From Octopus bimaculoides (Eukaryota), in contig NC_068981.1 in assembly GCF_001194135.2 (NCBI RefSeq), positions 58,777,040-58,820,625 of the forward strand: a stretch of 43,586 bases of DNA, given 5' to 3'. Of the stretch, positions 35,602 through 43,586 are shown one piece after another. Below the pieces are notes generated by a model. That model ran no database searches. It worked only from the letters and a program-made list of their open reading frames with translations, and was not told where the DNA came from. How positions within the stretch are numbered: position 1 is the first letter of the stretch; every line of letters begins with the position of its first letter. The position numbers and the translations under genes are program-made.

Positions 35602-38600
35602 ATGTGTGTTTGCATGTGTGTTTGCATGCGTGTGTGTGTTTGCATGTGTGTGTTTGCATGTGTGTTTGCATGTGTGTGTGTTTGCATGCGTGTGTGTGTG
35701 TGTTTGCATGTGTATGTGAGAGAGCATGTGTGAGTGTGTTATGAATGTTAATTTTGCTTGCTTTCATTAATGCTGTCTGAGCAAGATACTAGCAATGTTT
35801 ACATTCTCCAGCAAACAAAAAGTTGTACTTTTGTCAGTCTGACATGAGGTTGAGTTTGGAAGTAAAGAATAAAAAATATTTTACTTGAATAACAAGTAAG
35901 AGTTGGTGATAGGAAGAGCATCTGGTTGTAAAGGTAGCATGTAAAAAGCACCATCCGAATGTTGTCGATGCCAGGTCTGCCTAACTGGTTCCCGTGCCGG
36001 TGGCATGTAGAAAGCACTATCTGAAAGTGATCGATACCACAACTGCCTGACTGGCTCCCATGCCGGTGGCATATAAAAAGCACCATCCAAACATAGCTGA
36101 TGCCAGTAAACCCTGACTGGCTCCCGTGCTGGTGGCATATAAAAAAGCACCCACTACACTCTTGGAGTGGTTAGCGTTAGGAAGGGCATCCAGCTGTAGA
36201 AACATTGCCAGATCAGATTGGAGCTTAGTGCAGCCGCTGGCTCTCCAGACCTTAGTCAAAATGTCCAACCCATGCCAGCTTGGAAAATGGATGTTAAGCG
36301 ATGATGATGATGATAAGTCATGCCAGCGTGGAGAAACAGGCATAAAACCTGTTAAATGAATGAACTATGTTACTGTTCTGTTCAAGCTATGCTAGTTACC
36401 CAAAGAGGGTAACACTAACTGCATGGACAAATATTTTCAATTTGCTGAGTGTTTTCCTGCATTGTATAAATTCTTTGTCATAGATTTTTCACTTTAAAAC
36501 TAGTGTAGTACAGTTAAGAGATGTTGTTTTTGAATACAAAGAACTATATCATGTATCATGTACTATAGTTGAAAGTTGCTTATATGATCATAAAATATTT
36601 GCTCTAACGCAACTTATATAAATTGAATTTTCTTCAATTTTTCCAGCCCTTTCCAGACAGCGACACATTTTCCACAATACTTAATGAAACTGAAAAGAAA
36701 CTTCTAGAAGATATTTATAAGTGTTTATCCAGTTCTTCAAGTCATAACATTGGCAAAGCACATTTGAAAATGTTAGGTAATTAGTTTTATGAAAATGTTT
36801 GATCTTCAAAGTTGTAACACAGTCTTTACATTTCACTTAGTTTTCAGTGTTTACACCATTTTCCATTTATTCTACTTACATTTGAACTCCATTCCCATTT
36901 CTTAAAAATCTTAACCCTCTCACTCCATGTATTATGTTTCTTTCACATTCACCATTCTTTTTCCATTTATTTCAGCCTTGTTATTGCTATGTGGTTAGGA
37001 AGTTCACTTTGCAACCTAATACACTCTGCAAAATAGTTGGCAAATGAGTGAAGACAATAGAGTCAAGAGGACTCTTTAGTCTTATTGAGAAGATGATAAC
37101 TTCTCTGATGTTGGGACCATGATAAAATGCATCCAAAACACTCTGCAAAGTGGTTAGTGATAGGAAGGGTGTCCATGCATAGAAACCAAGTCAAGATTGA
37201 AATGTTCATTTGAGGTGTATATTGTGCCATGCAGGCACTACAATAATGTGATGCAGAGTGGTTGGTTGTCTTTTTAACAGCTGTTCTCCCAGCCACCAAG
37301 CTGACTGCCTTTTATCCACAGCAGTGTATTTAACAATGTTAAACTAAGTACATTTAGTTTTGTATCATTACAACATTTCTTTAAGCAATTCAGAGACTAA
37401 TAAAACTGACAAATGAAAATAGGGTTTCTTCTCCCTCAAAGAAAGGAAACAAAAATACTGTTTTGTTGCAAGAGCAATATGCAACATGCACTTCAAATAA
37501 CATGAATAGTTTTGTGGTACAAAGTTTTTGTAGCACTCTGGTGTTTTCACTGTTCTTCCCAATCTTGTGATTCTTTTGGAGGTTGGCATTGAACAGTCCT
37601 CATGCGTCTCACTATTATTTTGTTTCTGCATTATAGGAAGAGCATTTGTGATTTCTTTCTTTGAGTCAAGTTGAGTAACATGTTTCATGGGGTTTGTAGG
37701 GTCTATTGGATGGTTGTCTTTCTATATTGTTGGGCAATCTGGCAGGCGTTTCCATCTGAGTGGTCTGTTCATACTGTCTATCTATACCTATGCCAGTATC
37801 TCACAGCTCCCTTCTGTTTCTCCGCAAATCTCCATATGTAGCTTTCACAATGTTAAACCTTGTTTCTTTACATTGTCTTGCTATTTCTCCAGGTATCCAA
37901 CATTTGTTGTTTTTGTCAAGGAATCGTACAGCTTGTCCTTTGTGCAACAGAGGTAATTCCCTCTTTGCGTGCTGGTCATATGCAGTTTTCATTTATATTT
38001 TCTTTTCTTCAAGAAGTTTTCTGTCTTTGAGTTTCATGAGAGTAGTTCCAGCATGATGGCACAAGTGTTGTGATCGGTCTGCCCAATAGGATCTCAACGG
38101 GTGACAGTATTTTTGAGTTTAATAGTGTGGCTCTTAGATTCAACAATTCATTGGTTATGTCTTCTTTGCTTTGTTCACATTTTTGGATTGTCTTTTTAAT
38201 TGTCTGTACTTTTCTCTATGAATTCATTTGATTGGGGGTACCTTGGTGATGATGTGTGTTGAATTCCCCATTCCTGTGTGAATTGCTAAAATGGTTTTGT
38301 GGTATATTGAGGACCATTGCCGCTGAAAATTTCATCAGGTCTGCCAAAGAAAGACAGTCTTTTTGAATTTCTCTGTGATTACTTTGCTTGTGGTTTGGCT
38401 GAGGTGAGTCACAATTGGAAATTTGGAGAAGTAGTCACAAATGAGCAGATAAGATTTCAAATAGATCTGTTCTGAGTTTTTTCCATGGTGCACTGGGAAT
38501 ATCATGAGGTATCAGTGGTTCTTTGTTGTTGGCAGTTGCGAATTCTTGGCATATTTGATAGGATCTGCACATTTCTTCAATGTCTTTGTTGATGTTTGTC

Positions 38601-41600
38601 CAATAGATGCCTTCATGAGCATGAAGGTTGGTCTTTTCTATCCCTTGATGAGAGGCATGGAGCTGTACTAGAATGTCATGTTGTAGAGGAGGAGGTACCA
38701 ATACTTGTGTCCCTTTGAAGATGATTCCATCTACAGCTAATTCATCTTATCATCTGGGACCTGTTTGATGTTGTCTGGCCACCCATAAGTGATTGTTTCC
38801 ATCAGTGTAGCCTAAGTAGAATTCTTGCTGGTGAACTCATGCAGTTGATAACGTTTGTTGATGGAAAAATTGACAAAGTTAAATTCAGATTGGTGGATTT
38901 CTCCTGCAGTCAATTCGATTCCAACCACTCTCACGTCAAGGTCAATGTCTTCACGGCTTGGGAGGCAAAAGAGGGTGTCGGCCAATGTCATGGTATGCTC
39001 AGGGTGGTATTTGATTTTGAAATCATTACCCTGAATTTTCTGGAGCATCCTTTGTAGTCAGAGTGGTGCTTGAAGAAGGGGTTTTTCTGCAATCACTCCG
39101 GAGGTTTGTGGTCTGTGATGATTTCAAACAGGTGATTCCAAATACCACAGCCAGCATTTCATGATTGATGTTTGGGTAGTTTGAATGTGTTTTGACAAGG
39201 GTTTTCGATGCAAAGCCACAAGTTTGCCATCTTGTATGATAGCTGCTCTGAGTCCTTTCAACGATCTGTCTACCTCAAGTCCTGTTGGTTTCTTTGGGTC
39301 AAAGAATCTGAGGTTTGATTTCTCTGAAATGGTTGATTTGTACATCTGGCAATATGTCTGCATTGATAATGTGTTACCTGCTGCTCCCGTATCAATCTTT
39401 AATTTTATTTGTTGAACCTTTTCTTTCTGTGGACATATGTTGCAAATGCTTCATTTCACATGCTTGAAATTTTTATGTAGTGGTAGAGATCACAGTTCTC
39501 TTCCTCTGAGTCAGTATGAGCCTTATTGCTTGATTCTATATCATGGAATTTTCTGTGTGCTCTTTTTCCATCTCCGTTTTTCTGTCTTGTTTTATCTTGT
39601 TTGTTCTGTTTTCCCCAGTGTCCCTTTTTGTTGCAGAAGTTACAGGAATCATTGTATGCAGGGCACCTTCTTGGTGGATGCACACTTTCTTGGTGGATGC
39701 ACATGAGTGCTTGACAGCATCTGCATTGCTTGGTTCTGCACTTGCAAGTTGTTGCATCTGACTTCTTCCTGCAAGAATAGCTTCAAATTTTTTATCCTCT
39801 GCTAGGGCATCTTCAAGTTTGTAGTCTTTCTCCTTTCCAAGCAGCTCCTTTTGGAAGGCTTCATGGGAGTTGAAGCAATCAATAATTCTATGATCCATTG
39901 TTTAAGCTCTTTTTCTTCAAACTCACATTTTTTTGCTATTGTTCGGGCTCTTGTAACAAAGTCGTTAATTGTCTCATCATGCTACTGTCTACATACCTTC
40001 AGTTTAAGGTGATGTACTCTGAAATTGAGGTTTGTCTTGACTTGTGCTTTGAATAATATTCAACAGTTTATTTGGGTTTTTCTTGTCAGCCTCTGATAAG
40101 CCAGATGCATTCAAACGTTTGAGTCCTTCATGTCCAATGCCTCTTAATATTTTAAAGGCTATTTTCCTTGGTTCTGTAACTTCCTCATCTTCACAATAAT
40201 ACATGTTTTGTTTGAATATTTGCAGGGCTTTGGCTGCATTGCCTGTGTGCCACTGCATTACGGGAATGTGAGATATCGCCATATTATTGTTGTTTTTCTT
40301 GTGCAATACAACACCATATGATTTGGTTATTTTCTGTGGCACAACATGCACTGTGTAGCTGATATGATAACAATAGTCTGGTATATAAATTTGTAACAAT
40401 ACCTCCAGCTAAACATGTGTATTCTTGCAGTTTGTTACTGTGTATCCATTTTCTTCTTGTTCTTTTGTTTTGTGTCACATCGTGTCCAGTGATGATACTG
40501 GTACATTGGTAGCATTGAGCAATGTCTAATGATAATAATGTGCTGGTAATCTGATTAGTTTCAATTCAATATATATATTTATCTTGTTTTACCACTGCCA
40601 TTATTATTGTGCCATGCAGGCACTACAATATCGCGATGCAGAGTGGGTGGTTGTTTATTTGACTGCTGTTCTCCCAACCACTGAGCTGAGCACTTTTTAT
40701 CCATGACAGCGTATTTAACAATGTGAAGCTAAGTACATTTAGTTTCATATCATTACAACAGTGTAGTCTTTTGACCTGGCAAGGAGATCAGTAAATGAAC
40801 AAGAACTGACTTGGACTGTGATAAGTTGCTCAATTTATGTCAGCATAGAAAGTGGGTGTTAAATGATGATTACGACACCCAAAATTTGAGAGATAAAAGG
40901 GAGAAGATTTATTTAGCATATCCTATTAATTGATTTTATTATTCTTATTTTCTAAAACTCATTATTTTCTTTCATATTAGCATCATTAGTGACCAGAAAG
41001 AGTGTTACCAATAGCATTATCAAGTGTGGTGCAGTGTCCTTACTACAGGAACTCATATCCAAGAGGCACATTGTCCAAGAACTTCAGAAAGATGATGACC
41101 ATATGATAGCGTCTCTATTACTGGAATCTAGAATTCTTCCTTTTGAAATTATGGTAGCAATCCTTAAGTTGGTAAGTACTTGATTTTGGCTCTGTTGTTT
41201 AGTCATTCTTATTCATTTATTCCTTTTATGGATAATATCATCAAAGTCTTTCAGGTTGTTACTGATTTTATCTACGAGGTTGTAATTAATAAGGCTTATT
41301 TGTGATATCATTTGTTTATAGCATCAAAGATTAAAGTTCATTCTTTGTTGCTAACATATTCATATGGTAGTAGTTTCATTATCAGAATGCTGTATAAGTA
41401 TCTTAGCCCAATAAATTGTTTGTAACCAGCTGCAACCAGGTAGATCTACTTAACATATCCACTCTATTTTTGGAATAACGCTGCTAGCATTATTAATTTT
41501 TTATGGTCTTTGCCCACAGTTTTGCATGTCCCTGCAACACAATAATATACTGTGGGGGTTTTTTTTCTGATAATGATCTGGCATGGAGAGAATAGTTTCC

Positions 41601-42660
41601 TCCTTTCATTCACAAAATTAAGTTCAAGACAATGTAATGCTGGTATGACAGGAGTTACACAATTGTCTGTCATATTTGATAATATGCAAACATTTCTAAA
41701 ATGTTATTATTCAAAGGTGAGTGTAATTTTATGTGTAGTACTTGATTTTTTAGACTTAGTGCTAGTGAAACAAATCCAAACTGGTCAGTTTTCAGATCTT
41801 ATTGGCAGAGGTAAGGATTTGCAGAATAGTACAAAACTCTGGAATGGTTTAAAAATGATAATTTAGATATAAAAATTAAACTTAAAACTGGAAGTGTTGA
41901 ACTACATTCGACCAGCCCAGGTTGCATTGTTGTTGTTAGTTTTGTCGAAGACCTATAACACAAATATGTTTAATTGAATGACTCAGAGTAATCTACATGG
42001 ATTTCACTTTCAACATGTCTGGTTTCTGATTTGTTAGTTTGATCTGAACTTCATATAATCAAATTTTGTAGCTATAGTCATTTTGTCTTTATTGTAGAAA
42101 TTCTGTTCTGCAACATAATGACTTAAATTTTAAAGGCAACAAGGCAACATTACACTATATTGATAATTTTAAGTTGCAACGTAGAAACTCATCCTTTATT
42201 GGTTCATTATTGTAGTTAATTTCACATAGCAGACTTGCAAGAATGCTAGTTTAAATACCTTAGTCTAGTTTTGATTTCCCCAAACCCATATTCTGAGTTC
42301 AAATCTTGCTGTGTTGTCTATTTTATCTTTCATTTTTCTACATTCACAGTTTATTCAATTAAAGGTTTTTTGGCCTTCTACAATTAAAGGTGTTTTTATT
42401 CTATGTATTAATCTTCTTTTTTTATATTCATTTAGGTCACCAACTTGTGTTCTTCTGAAGCTGGCCTACACTTTTTAACATCTACTGTTGAACATCAACT
42501 GGATTCTGCAAAAGTACCTCTTAGCAGTTCCAATGGGAGTAGTACAACCTTTTCCTATCTTGCACTAACTGGTGAGGCAGTTGTGAATGGCCTTTTGTTG
42601 GAGCAAAGTGACATTAATGATGTGGCTGCTGCTGCAGTTTACAATATTCATCAGATACAG
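21737..42660 (+). CDS. DESI1: DESI1-like PPPDE isopeptidase with C-terminal PUL-like domain. Spliced CDS join(21737-21827,29241-29332,30589-30698,31644-31766,34417-34621,36647-36776,40981-41171,42436-42660), 3' incomplete
   Basis: Manual splicing gives one open 1167-nt frame (389 aa) with GT-AG introns and consistent phases. It begins [52 protein letters not shown] and contains [21 protein letters not shown], matching DESI1 from memory (YxYDLSxG, GIWHT, HNCNTFS). No stop codon was found after exon 8. Confidence 0.93.
23539..24403 (-). mobile_element. Probable solo LTR (865 bp) in DESI1 intron 1, antisense
   Basis: TGTGAC...GGCACA termini with flanks CGATT/CGATA. The minus strand has CCAAT (~24380-24400), TATAAAAA (~24305) and AATAAA (~23680) in LTR order. 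Confidence 0.5.
24530..24539. other. Assembly gap (10 N)
   Basis: Run of N. Confidence 1.
25162..25228. repeat. (TG)n + (TA)n microsatellite
   Basis: Direct reading. Confidence 0.95.
25250..26399 (+). mobile_element. Degraded RTE-clade LINE ORF2 fragment
   Basis: [77 protein letters not shown]. Stops at QVGV. Confidence 0.88.
27311..27320. other. Assembly gap (10 N) within (TA)n
   Basis: Run of N. Confidence 1.
27590..27950 (-). mobile_element. RTE-clade RT fragment, inverted relative to 25250-26399
   Basis: Reverse complement matches the [27 protein letters not shown]...VRAVQALY region. Confidence 0.8.
29241..29332 (+). CDS. DESI1: DESI1 exon 2 ([31 protein letters not shown]), catalytic His39
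   Basis: Acceptor TTTCAAG|, 92 nt, donor CCG|GTAAGG, GIWHT motif. Confidence 0.95.
29900..30421. mobile_element. Palindromic MITE (TA TSD, Tc1/mariner-type) in DESI1 intron 2
   Basis: TA-CCATTTCACATTC ... GAATATGAAATGG-TA termini. The arms are complementary up to the centre TACTATATAGTA (~30090-30101). A 20-bp subterminal repeat (GGAATTATTCCGTTTTAGGT-like) occurs ~5 times in the right arm. Confidence 0.8.
30589..30698 (+). CDS. DESI1: DESI1 exon 3 ([37 protein letters not shown])
   Basis: Acceptor TTTTGAAG|, 110 nt, donor AA|GTAAGT. Aligns to the GPPDxVxDxGxTxV region of DESI1. Confidence 0.9.
31250..31425 (+). mobile_element. SINE family A, old CpG-decayed copy (intron 3)
   Basis: Degenerate match including TACTTGGGTTGATGTAATCGACT. 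Confidence 0.6.
31644..31766 (+). CDS. DESI1: DESI1 exon 4 ([41 protein letters not shown]), catalytic Cys109
   Basis: Acceptor TTTGACAG|, 123 nt, donor AC|GTAAGT, HNCNTFS motif. Confidence 0.96.
32612..32815 (+). mobile_element. SINE family A, CpG-decayed copy (intron 4)
   Basis: Colinear with the reverse complement of 17157-17370. Most CG positions read TG or CA. Confidence 0.75.
34417..34621 (+). CDS. DESI1: DESI1 exon 5 (end of PPPDE domain [20 protein letters not shown] plus Ser-rich linker)
   Basis: Acceptor TTTTTAAG|, 205 nt, donor GAA|GTAAGT. TPLG...VQPSGG matches the DESI1 TPFG...IQPPGG C-terminus. Confidence 0.9.
35535..35740 (+). repeat. Compound (TG)n microsatellite with nine TGCATG units
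   Basis: TGCATG at 35557, 35599, 35611, 35623, 35641, 35655, 35667, 35683, 35705. Confidence 0.95.
35900..36314 (+). mobile_element. SINE family C with three ~65-bp internal tandem units and (GAT)n tail (intron 5)
   Basis: AAAGCACCATCC...GGTGGCAT repeated three times, then GTTAGGAAGGGCATCCAGCTGTAGAAAC ... CCAACCCATGCCAGC..GGATGTTAAGCGATGATGATG. Confidence 0.75.
36647..36776 (+). CDS. DESI1: DESI1 exon 6 ([43 protein letters not shown]-), start of PUL-like region
   Basis: Pyrimidine tract plus TTCCAG|, open 130 nt, donor AG|GTAATT. Phases fit exons 5 and 7. Confidence 0.75.
37000..40872 (+). mobile_element. SINE family C-like copy split by the Gypsy insertion (~37000-37219 and 40761-40872)
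   Basis: The left part ends GATAGGAAGGGTGTCCATGCATAGAAAC..GAGGTGTA. The right part resumes GTGTAGTC.. and ends TGTTAAATGATGAT. Confidence 0.6.
37220..40760 (-). mobile_element. Ty3/Gypsy element with both LTRs and TSD but internal deletion of RT (DESI1 intron 6, antisense)
   Basis: 156-bp LTRs at 37220-37375 and 40605-40760 (23 mismatches by manual count, ~85% identical), 5-bp TSD GTGTA, PBS TGGCAGTGG (minus, ~40592-40600), gag [11 protein letters not shown], protease IDTGAAGN, RNase [14 protein letters not shown], integrase [29 protein letters not shown]. Confidence 0.92.
40981..41171 (+). CDS. DESI1: DESI1 exon 7 ([64 protein letters not shown])
   Basis: Long T-rich tract plus TATTAG|, open 191 nt, donor TTG|GTAAGT. 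Confidence 0.8.
42436..42660 (+). CDS. DESI1: DESI1 exon 8 ([20 protein letters not shown]...[24 protein letters not shown])
   Basis: Acceptor ATTTAG|, open 225 nt, donor CAG|GTAAAG. The junction [17 protein letters not shown] resembles the PUL motif LLALRxxxNxFxxxxG, and AAAAVYN resembles the ATLxLN helix. Confidence 0.82.
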
Positions 42661-43057
42661 GTAAAGCACAACTCTTACTTGGTGACTAGTTCCTATTTTT
42701 ATGTTACTCTCTTTTTATTTCAAAATTAACATTTATGGCCAACAAATTATTTTTGTTTAGTTCCACTCCTGACTGATCAGCTCTGTAATGGAAGCCTTTT
42801 CAGCCATTACCATCTAAACCCATCATTCTTCAAACCCAGTATATCTGGGACTCTATTATATGTTCCTTCATTTTTTTTTTAAGATGGCATATTATGAGTT
42901 GAGGGATATTTGGCTACCATTTCTAGCAGGTTGCATGACTATATAGAAAGAGTGTCCCTTTTAGCTTGTGAATTGCTAGAAATTGTAAAACATTTGACTA
43001 AGTGATGGTGCCTAGTGCAGCCCTTGGCTCGCCAGCTTCTATCAAAATATTTGACAC

Positions 43058-43256
43058 ATTATCATTTAACATCCATTTTCCATGCTGGCTTGGGTTGGAT
43101 ACTTTGACAGGAACTGGCAAACCAGGAGCTGCAGCAGGCACCATTGTCTGGTTTCTACAGCAGGATACCATTCCTAACGTCAGCCATTTTGCCGAGTGTA
43201 CTGGGTACTTTTTACATGTCATTAGCACCAGTGCTTTTTATCTGGCACCACCACGG
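43058..43256 (-). mobile_element. SINE family C copy (intron 8), inverted relative to 35900-36314
   Basis: Reverse complement GTTAGGAATGGTATCCTGCTGTAGAAAC ... TCCAACCCAAGCCAGCATGGAAAATGGATGTTAAATGAT. Confidence 0.78.
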
Positions 43257-43307
43257 ACAAGGACACAAAGCACTTTACAAGACATATGTATGTATATATG
43301 TATATAG

Positions 43308-43586
43308 ATTTTCTGGGCAGGGAACACTGACGGGGTCGGGGGCGTAGGAATACTTCTAGCGGAGAAATGGGTGGATAAGGTAATCGAGGTCGTTAGAGTA
43401 AGTGACAGAGTACTTAAGATCAGACTAGTGCTTCATCATAGATTAGCTACTGTCATCTCAGCCTATGCATCTCAACCGGGGCTACCAGATGGTCTGAAAG
43501 ACCAATTCTATGACACCCTCTTGCAAACTACCTCGTCGACGAGTGACAGGGACCTTCTCTTTGTGGCTGGAGACTTCAACGGTCAT
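43308..43586 (+). mobile_element. RTE-clade LINE AP-endonuclease domain, 5'-truncated, open to the window end
   Basis: 93 uninterrupted codons IFWAGNTDGVGGVGILLAEKWVDKVIEVVRVSDRVLKIRL...VISAYASQ...FYDTL...LFVAGDFNGH (GVG, SAYA and GDFN APE motifs). Absent from the ORF track because it has no start or stop. Confidence 0.92.

Noticed and set aside
35446-35767. VC- or HT-rich ORFs (also 11508-11813, 17454-17802, 27150-27444)
   Set aside because: Translations of microsatellites
3434-40760. No retroelement in the window shows an intact YxDD motif, which might suggest selective removal of RT cores
   Set aside because: The causes differ (5' truncation, N gap, 3' truncation, two deletions) and the sample is tiny. 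It is not distinguishable from chance.

Overview
Eukaryotic, AT-rich, repeat-dense DNA, most likely from an octopus/coleoid cephalopod. This is inferred from the microsatellite and SINE types and is not proven. No prokaryotic-style features (CRISPR, operons, rRNA) were found. One host gene can be reconstructed on the + strand: a DESI1 (PPPDE-family cysteine isopeptidase) ortholog with 8 visible coding exons (21737-42660, 389 codons, still open at the window end). It keeps the His39/Cys109 catalytic dyad and, unlike vertebrate DESI1, continues through a Ser-rich linker into a probable PUL (p97/Cdc48-binding, armadillo-like) domain. Most ORFs in the supplied track are spurious (microsatellites, N gaps) or transposon relics. 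The relics include a duplicated hAT transposase fragment, an R4/Dong-type LINE bounded by (TAA)n and interrupted by a solo LTR, two Gypsy elements, a Tx1/L1-type LINE, CR1-group and RTE fragments, a head-to-head mariner relic, several SINE families and two large palindromes. One Gypsy has both LTRs and a target-site duplication (TSD) but lacks the RT domain. The most interesting signals concern possible RNA-level regulation of DESI1: inverted SINEs around an in-frame three-exon block, an intronic hairpin MITE, a UGCAUG cluster and a candidate poison exon. There is also a visible gene-body CpG-decay boundary. All of these need transcript data to confirm. Four assembly gaps are present.
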